This document shows positions 38,904-51,013 of a stretch of 64,000 nucleotides of DNA, piece by piece. The stretch is from NCBI GenBank assembly GCA_008632985.1, contig QPGO01000048.1, positions 62,001-126,000 on the forward strand. Reading direction: 5' to 3'. Every line of letters starts with the position of its first letter. The first letter of the stretch is position 1. A program made the position numbers and the translations under genes. A model generated the notes under the pieces. The model was not told where the DNA came from, made no database searches, and saw only the letters and a list, made by a program, of their open reading frames with translations. This DNA comes from Psammoneis japonica (taxonomy: Eukaryota).

Positions 38904-40774
38904 ATGACGACTGACGACGACACAGCAAACAAGTTGAATTGGCCAACACTTTGCATGCAACTGTTGACCGCATGTACGGTGAACAAACTGAGACGCTGCG
39001 TGGTCGTATTGGGACAGCTTTGTACTCGTCTCTATGTCGAACCTGTGGCGGTGGGGCTCACACGGGAGTACATCGTGTCACCGGATTTGACGCGCATGAC
39101 AGCAGCGACAGCGAAGGCAGCCAATGGACAAAAACTCTGAAAGACCTGGCGTTTTCAAGCATATCCTTTCCAAACAAATCTATCACTTCCATTGACGGGA
39201 AGCCGCATGATATCGAGGTGCGCTCTGCTTTGTCCCTGTTCCACCGTTATAAAAGTCGTCATGCGGACGGAGGTGCAATTCTTCACGTCGTGTCAGATAT
39301 GGGCTTAGTTCGATCGATACAGACGCCGCTTGAACTGGCAAGAATCATATGCGTTGCATTAGAGGATGACTTCCGACGCGATGGATTAAGCTACGATGTC
39401 AGGGCCAACGCGTCTGGAATAATTTGTGTCGTGACTGCCGACCGTGCGAAGTTTCTTCGTAGCAACGATAGATTGCCTTGCCCTCGCTGTGTCAAGTGGT
39501 TAAAAGGTGAAAAAGGACTGTGGTGGCATCAGCAGCGAGAGCACGGATCCGAACACTATATGGCAAGGGCTAACTCGCAGCAAAGCTCCCTAGAAATTGT
39601 GGTGTACAACAAAGGTTTCCAGATGCAAAAGCTGCAGGCTTTTAAACGGAACGAGTCTAGACGACCATCTCAGTTGTCTCTTTGTTGGAACGAGCAAGTC
39701 ATTGAATTCGTTAAGCAAGGAAATTTGGATGGATTGACACGTGCAGTTATGGTGGGTTTCAAATAGACGCAGCGTGATTGAATGTTGAAATACTATGCGA
39801 GACTAACTCATCTTTGTCGCTCGGCACCGGGACTTGCACAGGATGGATTTGACCCAAAGCAGGAATTAGACAAGCACGGTGCATCGGTGGTTTCCTGGGC
39901 TGCTGGATCAGGACAATTAGACATTCTCAAGTATTTGATAGAGAAGTGTGGATGCTCTGCTGATGTGGCTCAACGCGGAAAGCGATCGTTTTCAGGACGG
40001 ACGCCACTTCATTGGGCGGCTCGTAACGGGCATCTCGGTGTTGTCGCGTATCTTGTAGAGGTACGAGACGTAGACTTGGATGCAACAACAGCTGATGGAA
40101 CAACGGCATTTTGTTGGGCATGTTGGCAATGTCACCGTGATGTTATGGAGTGAGTAGAAAGAATCGCACTCTGCCGTCAAAACGAATTCTTGTTCAACAA
40201 ACAAAAGGATTTGAGCACTTACCGATGATCGTTGCTGGTTCTATATAGATACCTTTATCGAGCCGGTTGCAATGTCAACATATCGAATTCATTTGGTTGC
40301 AATGCAGTTTTATGGTGTGCTCAAGGAGGCGCCAACGTTGAAGCACTGAAATGGCTTGCTTCGGTTAACTGCGTATTGACGACTGTAAACACGAACGGTC
40401 ACGGCGCCATCCATAAGGGCGCCCAAAGAGGTCACGCGGAAACCTGTAGATGGCTTATATCTTGTTTAGAAGACGACGTGAATACCACGGAAGAAAAATC
40501 GAACATCATCCAGCTCATTGGCCCAGATTCTGACGGATGTTGTCCTTCGGACTTGGCAGGAACAGAAGGCTACTATGAATTGGCCTCTTGGTTAGCACAG
40601 AAAGAAGTTTGTCTGGTCAAAAGATGGTGCTGCAACTCAGCATTGCCGAAGTTTCTGGTGAGCGCAAGTGGGACGGGAGCATCACACTATGACATTGCTC
40701 AAACTGAACCCTACCGATGGGAACCAGGAGGCGGGGTTATGCGCATGATTTCATCCATTCACAAGCAAAAGTGA
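38904..40774 (+). CDS. Ankyrin-repeat protein with a C2H2-like zinc finger; 3 exons, probable 1-nt frameshift at ~38928
   Basis: CPRCVKWLKGEKGLWWHQQREH; ankyrin repeats GASVVSWAA, GRTPLHWAARNGH, GTTAFCWAC, GCNAVLWCA, GHGAIHKGAQRGH. Introns 39752-39841 and 40150-40248. Confidence 0.85.
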
Positions 40775-41758
40775 CTGCTTCTGGAGCATGCATCGCAGTC
40801 TTCTTTTGTCGGCCCTGACACAACTTTCCGTTGCCAAAGACCCAGCCTCGGGCTTCAGACCACCATTGATACGTTCCCACGGCGATTTACCTTCCGTTCG
40901 ACTGCATCAATTGAGCAAAAAAGAAAACAATGAGAAGTACATTTGCTATTCCAAGCTTTCTGTTTCTGCAAAGATGAAGAAAAGGAGAAGAGGCGGCAGC
41001 AGCAAAGCATTTTGATCCAGATGTCGTTACACCCGAGCATGTGGCGAAGGCAATGGCTCGAAGCGATGACATGGTTTGTCCAAATGTTGTGAGGCGGGAG
41101 GCATGCTGACACATGAAGTAAGAGGGTGTGAAGTACGACAAAAAAAAAAACCGGTTCTCGCAACTTGCATTCTCGTTGAACAAGGTCGGGTGCAGCTGTT
41201 AGGATCGAGCACTTTGTTTGTCTAGGATGCTTTCCGAAAAGCATTATTGCTTCCATCCAATGCTGCGATCATACACGAGAAGGTACAGTCTGGGGGAAGT
41301 TTCAGCCCGTTAGAGACGTGTAATGATTTAATGGCAGATTACACTTCTAGCTTCTTAGGCCTGGGCCTGAAACAAGTCTCTGTCGTGCAGAGATAAGCCA
41401 GTAGGAAGTCCTCACTTCAATCTCCATCTGACACCGCCGATTGGTGGATAGAGCCCAAGACGTCTCGGCGCTCCAGCTATTTGCTTTAGAAGTCGAAGTC
41501 CGCTCTCTTTCCATCACGTGGACAATCCAGCTCTTGCTAGTGTACGGCACAAGAGTTTGATGTTTTCCTTTACGCACTGCCTGTGGGCACCGTGTCCTTG
41601 TCACCCGCTTGATTGGTTTTAAAGGAGGCGTTCTGCGCCAAACCAATGCCATCATAAGTGACACAACCATTTCCAAGGTCAAGCATACTGTAAGAATGCA
41701 ACAGGAGAGTCACTTTAGAGTCCATAACTTGCCGGTGAATTCTGACGCTTTAAAAAAG

Positions 41759-42692
41759 TTACTGCTGGCCTGTCTTGCTACGTGAAAGGATAAATACTGA
41801 ACCTTTATGCCCCCGCGTTATTCTGATGTCTTTGTCAATGTATACAGTTCGCAGCCATCCTGTAGGGCCTATGAAGCCAAGCGGGATCTTAACGTCGATC
41901 GGAGACTTTTGAACGAGGACGCGACAGGCATCAAACTTGACATCAATCCTCCTCTGATCTGACATACTCGGTCGAAAATTCACGTCGACAGTCAGTGAGG
42001 CTCGGAGCGGGTTCCGCGGTGACGGTATCTCAAATGCTACCACATTTCTCACACGACCTCTTCTAATATCTACGGATTGGCTGCTCCGGACGTCCGCATC
42101 ACTATCGGGCAAAATGATCCCCATTTTCTCCAGGCTATCCTGAAGGTTGCGAGGTAAAATTGGATTCGACCTTCCACCTGGGTTGTTGCTATATGATTGA
42201 TTCTCCAACGGGTTTATCCAAGTCCGAAGAAAGCCGTTGTCCCATTCGGGCTCATCTTATCTTGCGCTGTCCACATGAGCTCCCAATTACCAGCAAGACT
42301 GCATCAAAGAACAAGAGGAAATCAACACTTAGGCGTGGTTTTCGTCGTCACAGCTCACAGCCACCAGAACTGCGAAAGACTCTGGCAGAATACCGCGCTC
42401 AGAACAAAACCCCCTACCTTTCAAGTACATCGCTATCTACTGTTGGACAGGTCTTTTCGAGTTGTTTCACGAGGTCCAAAATGTCGCCTGTCATAGCTTT
42501 CGGTGTCGCGGCGTTGTTGGGAGTGTTCGCTAGGAGTTCAAACAACTTGGACTTGTATTTCTCCCCGGCCTCAGACAAAACAAGGTCAGATTCTGCGGAT
42601 AGCGGGCGCAATGAAATCGCACGATCGGCAGGAGGCTTGCGGACAGTGAAAGTAGCTGCAAATTGAGGCAACAGTAGAATCAACAGCCGCAT
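41759..42692 (-). CDS. Plastid lipid-associated protein/fibrillin (PAP) family; one intron, apparent frameshift at ~42249
   Basis: Signal-like MRLLILLLPQFAATF; LVKQLEKTCPT; LAGNWELMWT; C-terminal GWLRTVYIDKDIRITRGHKGSVFIL. Confidence 0.85.
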
Positions 42693-43030
42693 CCTGCTTC
42701 TATGTGATGGAAGGTCACGACTTTTTTTTTTTCTGAGAATGAAAAGAGTCTGACGTCGTCGCAAAATCCAGGTGAAATTGGGTGAAATCGAAATTTCCAG
42801 GATTTCGTGGACCAGTCGAATTATTCCTCGATACTTGAATACTGAACAGCAAAAAGCGATCTCTCCATAGCCTCTCTTTCAGCTAGCTAGTAGTAGCTCT
42901 CTCTACTAGAGAGCTAACCCTTACGCAGAGACAACAACTGCTTTCTACTCTCTAGAGAGAGGAGAAATAAGAGAGGAACGAGAGAGCGATATTCTAGAGT
43001 AGAGACAAGCCGTTCACATTACACAGGATT

Positions 43031-44728
43031 TCACCACAGACCGACTTTCTTTTTCAGAGCCGTCTGCCTCCATTTCTTTAGTTTCCTGAATTCTTCCTTT
43101 ACCATTCCAAACTCGGATTTGAAATCTTCAGGTGACAAGTACATTTCTCGTTTCGTGTAGTCTACCCCATCGATACCGCCTTTCTGAAGCTCTTCCTTTG
43201 AGTAGTAGCTTGCGCTGTCTTCGTTTACCTCCTTTTCTTCCGTTTGGCCACCGTCTATCTTCGCTTCTTGCACCGCCAATCGCTCCTGCTCTTCTTTCGC
43301 CGCAACGTCCGCCGCTTCTTGAGCCTTCCGCTCGGCAGCCAAACGCTCCTCCTCTTCTTTCGCGGCCTTCTCAGCCACTTGCTGCGCCTTTTTTGCTTCC
43401 GCGACAGCCATGCGCTCCTCCTCTTCTTTCGCGGCTATTTCAGCCGCTTCTTGTGCCGTCTTTGCTTCCTCAGCAGCCACACGTTCCTCCTCCTCTTTTG
43501 AGGCCATTTCAGCCGCTTCCTGCGCCTTTTGTTCAGCAGCCAAACGCTCCTGCTCTTCTTTCGCCGCCACTTCAGCTGCTTCTTGTGCTTTTTTTGCTTC
43601 CTCGGCGGCCAAACGCTTCTGCTCTTCTTTCGCGGCCACTTCAGCTGCTTCTCGTGCTTTTTTTGCTTCCTCGGCGGCCAAACGTTCCTGCTCTTCTTTC
43701 GCGGCCACTTCAGCTGCTTCTTGTGCCTTTTTAGCTTCCTCTGCTGCCACGCGCTCCTCCTCCTCTTTCGCGGCCATTTCAGCCGCTTCTTGTGACTTTT
43801 TTGCTTCCTCGGCGGCCACGCGATCCTCCTCCTCTTTTGCGGCCATTTCTTGTGCCTTTTTTGCTTCCTCTGCGGCCACGCGTTCCTCCTCCTCTTTCGC
43901 GGCCATTTCAGCCGCTTTTTGCTCTTCAGCCAAACGCTCCTGCTCTTCTCTCGCGGCTATTTCAGCCGCTTCTTCTGCTTTCTTTGCGTCCTCGGCGGCC
44001 ACGCGCTCCTCTTCCGCTTTTGTGGCCATTTCAGCCTCGTCCTTCGCTTCCTCGGCAGCCACGCGCTCCTGCTCTTCTTTCGCGGCCTCTTCCTGTGTCT
44101 TTCTTGCTTGTTCCTCTTTCGCAGCCATTTGTGCAGCTTCTTCTGCTTTCATTGCTTCCTCGGTGGCCAAAGGCTCGTCCTCCTCTTTTACGGCCTTTTG
44201 TTCAGCTACTTCTTGTGCCACTTTCATCTCCTCGTCAGAGGCTGAAACCGGAGTGGGTTCAAGTACTTCCTCCTTCAATTCCACCTGCTCTTCAGCTGGC
44301 GATTCTTTGGACTCCTCGGCGGATGACAAATCATTGCCTGGATTCATATCCTCTGCTGCAGAGTCAGCGGCAAGACTTGACTCTGCCAACTCTTCTCCCT
44401 CGGTTGGCGCTTTGTGGTCACCACTAGTCTCAGTCGCGTTTTCTGAAGATTCCGCTGCAACTGCTGCATCGTCCATTTTCTCCTGGAAACTGTTTGCATC
44501 TTCTGTCGTTTCTTTTGCTGCTTCCTCCTCGGGAGCTCCACCATCTGTACCAGGCTCCGTCATTTCTGCTTGGGCTGCTCCTGCGTCCTCGGTAGTGGTC
44601 TCACTAGGCGCTTCCCCGGCTACCGAGACTCCAGTCTCTTCGACTGCGTTTTCTTCCAACGCATCACCGTTTGGTTTAGTCTGTTTCTGTGGAGCCTTTT
44701 TCTTGTTCCGGTTCTTCTTTTTTGCCAT
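43031..44728 (-). CDS. Acidic / E-A-K repeat helical protein with C-terminal villin headpiece domain
   Basis: C-terminus KREMYLSPEDFKSEFGMVKEEFRKLKKWRQTALKKKVGLW matches the villin headpiece. About 14 repeats of AAKEE(E/Q)ER(V/L)AAEEAKKAQEAAE. Confidence 0.88.
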   Translation of the reverse strand: MAKKKNRNKKKAPQKQTKPNGDALEENAVEETGVSVAGEAPSETTTEDAGAAQAEMTEPGTDGGAPEEEAAKETTEDANSFQEKMDDAAVAAESSENATETSGDHKAPTEGEELAESSLAADSAAEDMNPGNDLSSAEESKESPAEEQVELKEEVLEPTPVSASDEEMKVAQEVAEQKAVKEEDEPLATEEAMKAEEAAQMAAKEEQARKTQEEAAKEEQERVAAEEAKDEAEMATKAEEERVAAEDAKKAEEAAEIAAREEQERLAEEQKAAEMAAKEEEERVAAEEAKKAQEMAAKEEEDRVAAEEAKKSQEAAEMAAKEEEERVAAEEAKKAQEAAEVAAKEEQERLAAEEAKKAREAAEVAAKEEQKRLAAEEAKKAQEAAEVAAKEEQERLAAEQKAQEAAEMASKEEEERVAAEEAKTAQEAAEIAAKEEEERMAVAEAKKAQQVAEKAAKEEEERLAAERKAQEAADVAAKEEQERLAVQEAKIDGGQTEEKEVNEDSASYYSKEELQKGGIDGVDYTKREMYLSPEDFKSEFGMVKEEFRKLKKWRQTALKKKVGLW

Positions 44729-45365
44729 TATAGCAGTGCCTTGCGTATTAACACTCTCGGTTGAGGAGCTTCAAGCCAGCTCTTACCGTTGAAGAACAGA
44801 GAGTGGTAGTGTGGCGGAAATGAAAAATTGTGACGATGAAATTGCGAAGTCGTCATCGAACCGCAAAAAATCGGTCGATGACCGTTGAACGTATATAAAC
44901 ATATCCGTATGTATATCGTATAATGTTAAGCTTGCGACCGTTAAAAAACACCGTCCGTCCTGCGCCTCAAGTACCGTATGTATGTATGTATGGTGCAATT
45001 GTACATACTGTAGGGCCCTATCCTTTTTGCGCCAAATCCACCTCGCGACTCGCAACAACCACCGACCACCGTTCCTTTTCGTTTCATTTATTCGAGTCGT
45101 CGTCCTCCACTCTCTCTCTATCTACTCTACCGGTAGCAATAGAGGAGGTACAACAAGTCGACTGGCACTCAAGCTTGTCGTGTTTGAATCGTCGACTCAA
45201 CTGCTTCTTCACTCAGGATCATCAGTAACTTCCTAAATCTACGCGTTTACCATTCGCATCATCATCCGTTTGCTCATCGCTCATCGGTATTTCTGGCTGC
45301 AGCAGTGGCAAGTTAGAGTTACGCAGCGATAGGCGACAAATAACCTACTTTCTTTACTGGTCGTC

Positions 45366-46268
45366 ATGGGGCGCCTATCGAAATACAAGAAGGTAAAGTC
45401 AACGAATCTCTTTGATAGCGAGAATGACACACTGGAAGGTGCCGTGTGGGGGTTTGGGAACAGCGGGCGCAAGAAAAAGAAGCGCAGCAGAACGGCACAG
45501 GCAATGAAGAACAAGAAGCTGAAGCGTAAGCGGGAAAGAGGTGGCGAAGATGACGATGGATTTGATCTACCACCAAGTCAAGACGATGAGTTCAATTTGT
45601 CGGATTTCAATGTCAAAAAACAAAGGCTTGCGTCCTTGGATGACGGACTCGTTGAACGCCATCAGGAAAAAACTTCTGCTGGTTTGCGTTGCGTAATCCC
45701 AGAAACAGAGAAGGAGGCTGCCAAGATGGCTCGCTCACTAAAGATCGACAAGAGTCCTCAACAAAAGAAATCAACGCAGCAGGGGAGAATGGAGGGCGAA
45801 AGTAACAATGCGTTCAATCGTCGTGTCAAGAATGAAACACGACAAATAATCAAACGCGAAGCAAGAGACGAGCGGAACCCAGAAAAGAGACGGAAGAAGA
45901 AAGATTTTTTAAACAATAAGAAAAAGAAGAAAAAGAAGGGACCCTTGAAGCAGAGCGAACAGGTGTCCTTTGACGGAGAAAGCAGCGGAGAAGCTTTCGA
46001 AGGCCAGTTAGTTACAGGTGAACAAGCAGCTGCAACTGCCCGTGTAGCATTCGGAGAGCAGGCGGAGCGACCCCCTGTCTTCAATCAACTTCCTCGCGGA
46101 GCTTCGATCAAAAGCAGGCGAGCTGAAAAGAAAGCACGACATGGCTCAATGAGCGATTCTCAGATTGATGCAGAACGCAAAGCAATGCAATCGATGCGGA
46201 AGAAGGTTCAGGCTCAGTACGCAATAATCAAAGCAAAGAGGAAAAAGGCTGGCGATTTCCACTTGTAG
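45366..46268 (+). CDS. Lysine-rich, probably nucleolar protein, CCDC137-like
   Basis: 300-aa basic ORF. The motifs VAFGEQAERPP..LPR and RKKVQAQYAIIK resemble the CCDC137 C-terminus. Confidence 0.6.
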   Translation: MGRLSKYKKVKSTNLFDSENDTLEGAVWGFGNSGRKKKKRSRTAQAMKNKKLKRKRERGGEDDDGFDLPPSQDDEFNLSDFNVKKQRLASLDDGLVERHQEKTSAGLRCVIPETEKEAAKMARSLKIDKSPQQKKSTQQGRMEGESNNAFNRRVKNETRQIIKREARDERNPEKRRKKKDFLNNKKKKKKKGPLKQSEQVSFDGESSGEAFEGQLVTGEQAAATARVAFGEQAERPPVFNQLPRGASIKSRRAEKKARHGSMSDSQIDAERKAMQSMRKKVQAQYAIIKAKRKKAGDFHL

Positions 46269-46296
46269 AGAGCGTTCTAGCGCAGCAGAAATTAAT

Positions 46297-48565
46297 TTAG
46301 CTTGTAAGCAGTCTCGTTTTACCAGACCTGTTCATCCACCAGACACCGATATCATACGCCTTTATCCTAACAACCAGCTTCATGTAGTCAAGCCATGACT
46401 TGATTCTGTCACTTATCGTGCCATTTTGAAGTTGATTATTGTACACCGCCCTTGCAGCATAGTTACCAGAAACAACCAAACTATTTGTTGGTGACTTCAG
46501 CGAATAATCGATATGCCTGAGGCAATCGTTCATCTTTAGAAGCAACAACATTTGACGGGGAATTGTGTTCAGAATCGCTACAATTTCCTGAAAATACTGT
46601 TGAGCATAACCCTGAATCATTGCCCTATCTGCAGTGCTTTCAGGCTTAGCACCTGCTTCAAGTGACCCGTTTTTCGATCTTTCAATTATTTCGTCAAACG
46701 GTCGGGTAGTCAACATTGCCGCAAGCAGTGTGTACTGCTCGACAAGGAGGAAGAACACGACCGCGATGAGAACATTCATGGACCATGGAGCACCTGTAAA
46801 TCCTCTATGCTGCGCTTACCATTTCATCCACTCCAAGGCTCTTACATGAGGCTTTGATTCCTTCAAGATCTGCCATCATCAGTGATCGCCACAGGTGTGC
46901 ATAACGAATGCGAAAATCGTCGTCGACGCATTTGTACAGGCCGTGATCTACGAGTACCATCTGGGGCTTACCGTTCTTTTCCCTGATAAGAACATTTGCA
47001 GGATGAGGATCACAATGCACAAAGCCTTTGAGGAATGCCTGAGCACTAAAAACGGACGAAACAAGTCGTGCGACATCCCTAAGAAAAACAGGGTGTAAGA
47101 TGTAAGTCAGTCAGTGAGTGAGTGAGTTCGGAATAGAGCGTGCGGCACGTTAGGTCATCGTACCGTTTCTGTAGACCTGCTTCTTTCATGGCGTCGACGT
47201 CGGTTGCTTTAAACCCTTCTTCAAACTCCATGCAGAGGACACGCTCTGTCGTCTGATCCCAGATTACGTTGGGGACCACACAGTTTAAACCAAGCTCGCA
47301 GATATGCTCTGCCGCCATATCTGCATTTCTTCCCTCGTTGCAAAAGTCGAGTTCCTTTGGAAGCTGTGGTGCGATCTCATCGGCAATCCAATTGTATGTG
47401 AAGTCCTTAAACATAGCGTCAAGCGTTCTCACAGCCGCTGTTAGTGCAAGCAGGTCCCCGCTAGACGTCTCGCGAAGTCCACGGTGCTGAACTTTTATTG
47501 CGAGTTTCTTCCCTGTCCTCTTGTCCACGGCAGTATGAACTTGCGCAAGAGAAGCTGAAGCAATGGGTTCAGGGTCAAATGAGTGAAAGATTTCTTCGGG
47601 GTACTCCCCAAGCTCCTCTTTTATTACTTCCCGAACGTCAGAGTATGCTGCATAAAAACAAAATGTTTAAAAGAGTTAGGCACTTGGTTTGTATGGACCG
47701 CTGGCTACGAAGAATGAAGTTGAACACACCTGTCATGGGAGCGTCATCAAAGAGGGAAGAGAGAACTTCCACATATTCCCGAGGGATGAGGTAGTCAAGG
47801 TTGGCCTGTTGTACAGAAGGACAATTCGTTATGGTAAGCAGCTGTCTTGCAAATAATTCATTGGAAATAGTCGTTGTGGATCCAACTCGAAAACGTACAA
47901 GGTGTTGACCGACTTTGATGTACACTCCCGCATTTTGTCGGCAGAGAGACAACAACCTGTTGGCCGCCTTTAAATGAACCATGCTTTTCCGATCCCCATA
48001 TTCCGCCAAACAATCCTGTGCTTCAGCTAATTTATCCGCTGCATCATGAACTGCACGCTTCTGTTGCTCTTTCTTTGAACGCGAGAGGGACAGGCAACGT
48101 TAAAAATACGTGAGGAATTGAACAGTTACAGTAGTTGCGACTGCTTACGGCAGGGTCACCTACCACCCTTTTAATATCGACGGCATCCGTCTCATTCGTG
48201 TCCGACGTGTAAGCAATCTGGGCTCTCTCGAGTTCCTGTCGGCACCGTTCGAGTTCTTCTTCCCAATGTTGCTTTTCGTCCTTTCCGTGTTCCTCCACGC
48301 TTGCAACACGTTGACTGAAAGCCCCAAACTTTGAAATTTCATAGTCACAAACCATCTGTACAGCTGTGACGAAAAGCCTAAAGGCTCGAACGGACGCTTC
48401 AAGGGTAGGAATAACCACATCCTTTGACTTCGACCGCATTGTGGTGGATTCAGTCAAGTCACTTGTTGAATACCGGTATGCAACTGCTCCTGTCGTGGCT
48501 GTGAAAAAAGCAACCCTTCGGAAACTCCCATGGCGGCTAGCCACAGCTCTGACACGCCCCAGCAT
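46297..48565 (-). CDS. ADCK1: ABC1/UbiB atypical kinase, ADCK1-like; multi-exon
   Basis: NAGVYIKVGQHL, PIASASLAQVH, AIKVQH, LPKELDFCNEGRN, VHCDPHPANVL, LVDHGLY, LLLLKMNDCLRHI. Confidence 0.9.
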
Positions 48566-49098
48566 ATTTTTAGTTTTTAGTCTTCCCAAAAGTCACCAGG
48601 CTAAGCAAAGCAAGCAACCTACAAACAACTGATCAGGCGACACACTCCAGCGAAGAAAATGACACAGTTGAAACTGCGATTATGAAAGATGAAATGAAAG
48701 GTAAGCTTAACGGTACACAGCAATGATCTATCAATGTGATGCCTCTGTGTTGTTTGCGCCCTGCTGCGCCCGCAAACGCGAAAACGTCAAAACGACCACG
48801 TCATCTACTATTCATTCAGTCATCAAGCAAAGCTTGCGTCTGGCTTCGCCTGTCAATGCAACAGAATCAATTCTCCTGCTCTAGCTAGAGAGTAGTAGAG
48901 TAATAGCAAGCCTAGACTAATGGTTAAAAACTTTGAAACAAGACTACAAGCATGCTCAATAAGAAAAGTATACAAGAAACTATCTTTGTTGAAAGCAAGT
49001 GAATCGTAAAGGCCTCATACATGTTGCGTCAATCCTTAGCCACTCTAAGCGAACCCATCATACATATAACGACACTCTAGGGATATCATCCGGTCTCT

Positions 49099-50783
49099 TT
49101 ACTGAATGGAAACTGTTTCAACGTCCTTCAGTATATCAAGATTCTGTGAGATTTGTGCCATGAAAAAGTTTTCAAACCTCCGCTGTTTCTCGGCTTCATC
49201 TACATGAACCATGTCGTTGGTGATATAGTAATGGATATCAAGCGCAGATCCCGTCTCGCCTTCACCAAGGGGTGTCTCGTCCCCACCTGTGTGCTCAAGC
49301 TGTCTCATTTTGTACTTGTAGCACATGAGCAGAGGTGCGAAATCAGCCTCGTCCGTGTCGTTGAATCCAGCCAACTTGGAAACACCAATCGAGGTGTAAA
49401 GCTTCATGTAGGATCGAAGCTTCCGAGTAGCGTGCTGGGTCGACATCTCATGAACAAACCGCTTAACCTGTAGCTTGTAGGCATCATGAGTATTGGTGTT
49501 TGGTTGACTGTAGTCAGGAAAGGAAGCGTTGACGAACTTGGGGCAAGCAAACATAAACAAGTCTTCGTAGCCTTCCTCCCTCGCATCAATCTTGGAGACC
49601 TGGGACCCGTGCTTTTCCCTAATCGTGCGAATCACACTCTCTTCCACCAAACCAGTAGGTTGGCACACGTGCGTGAGTATTGCCAAAAGCGCAATCATGC
49701 GGTCGTAAAGCTTTCCAAACTGTTCCGAGTTTGGCAACTTGCGAAGCTGGCCAGTCTACAGTGCGTCAGAACAAGAATACGGCAAAGACAAAGTGAGAAG
49801 CATGAACGTGTTGCAACGGTTGCGATCTCCCAGTTATACCATACCTTGAAGCCGCGCTGCATGTAAGCACAGATTTCTCCAAGGATTCGGATCGCGTCCT
49901 TGTAGCGACGAAGCATGAGAAAGGCCACCCCAGCGTGATAGGCCATAATGAGGCGAGCAGCGAACACGCTCTTGACGACCGCCAGAGCTGAATGTGTTTC
50001 CTCTTCCTCTTTCACAAGCATGGGAGATGCAGTAGGTGCCAACGAAGAGACGCATCCATGGTAGTCTCCCAACAAGCACTCGAGACGGGAGAGTGTCACA
50101 GACGCAAACAGTCCCAAGTACTGATAAGCAGGCACGGTGCACTTGGGCGAAGTTCCAACTGAGATGAGGCGCTGTAAGTAGAAGAGCACGGTTTCGACTG
50201 CCCATGCATCACGATTCTGAGACACAACGGTGAGGTTCTCGGTAACATGGTGTGGAGCAGATCCACTAGGAGAGGTTGCTTCTCCTCCAGTAGAAGACGG
50301 CAGCGTCACACCATGCCGGGTGGCGCTTGCATGCAGAGACGAGCGAAACTGACAGAATCCCTGGAACTGATACACAAACTCGTGGAGGATATCAAACGTC
50401 CACTCGGGAAGAATGTAAAAGTTTGGGAGGGACCTACTGGCGGCTTCTTCCGCATCCATAAGGATTTCGTCAAAGAGCTCCCGGTACACATGCCAGCCTT
50501 CAATCCGATCTCTGACGGTCGGGTGACTCACAGAGTGCCAATGGCGCTGTGTCACTTCGCGATAAAGCGCCAAGAAGAGGGGGTGCCCGTTGCATTCTGA
50601 AGCAATCGACTGAGGAGAGGGCCACGGGGAAGTCGCGTAGTACTTTGACGACAGCTCACGAAAGGTCTCAGAGTAAAGCTTGCGCTGTTCTTCAGGGATC
50701 TGAGACATTGTTACTGAATCACAAATGTCAAAGACAAAGTCAGTAAGTGCCTGAGGCACGCAAGCATCAGAGTCGTTCGCCAT
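49099..50783 (-). CDS. EIF3L: Eukaryotic translation initiation factor 3 subunit L; intron 49844-49756
   Basis: WTFDILHEFVYQFQGFCQF, LSRLECLLGDY, GVAFLMLRRYKDAI, FACPKF, LRSYMKLYTSI. Confidence 0.93.
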
Positions 50784-51013
50784 GGCGACCCAATCATATG
50801 TATGAACGGCTCCGATTTGCCGATTCCTCGCGTATGTCCGTCGTACGCGAACATGATGATTACTGTATTCCATGACGCATAGAAGTAATCATACGCGTAG
50901 ATTGAATATACCTGCGTGGCGCCACCTTTTGATCGTCGCGGTCGTCGGGTCGATGATGGCCTGTCACTTTTTTCGGCTGGGCGTTTGAGTTGTGACGTAC
51001 TGAGTACTTGACC

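Noticed and set aside
43410..44792. 460-aa Ser/Ala-rich ORF on the + strand
   Set aside because: It is the antisense shadow of the repetitive villin-headpiece gene.
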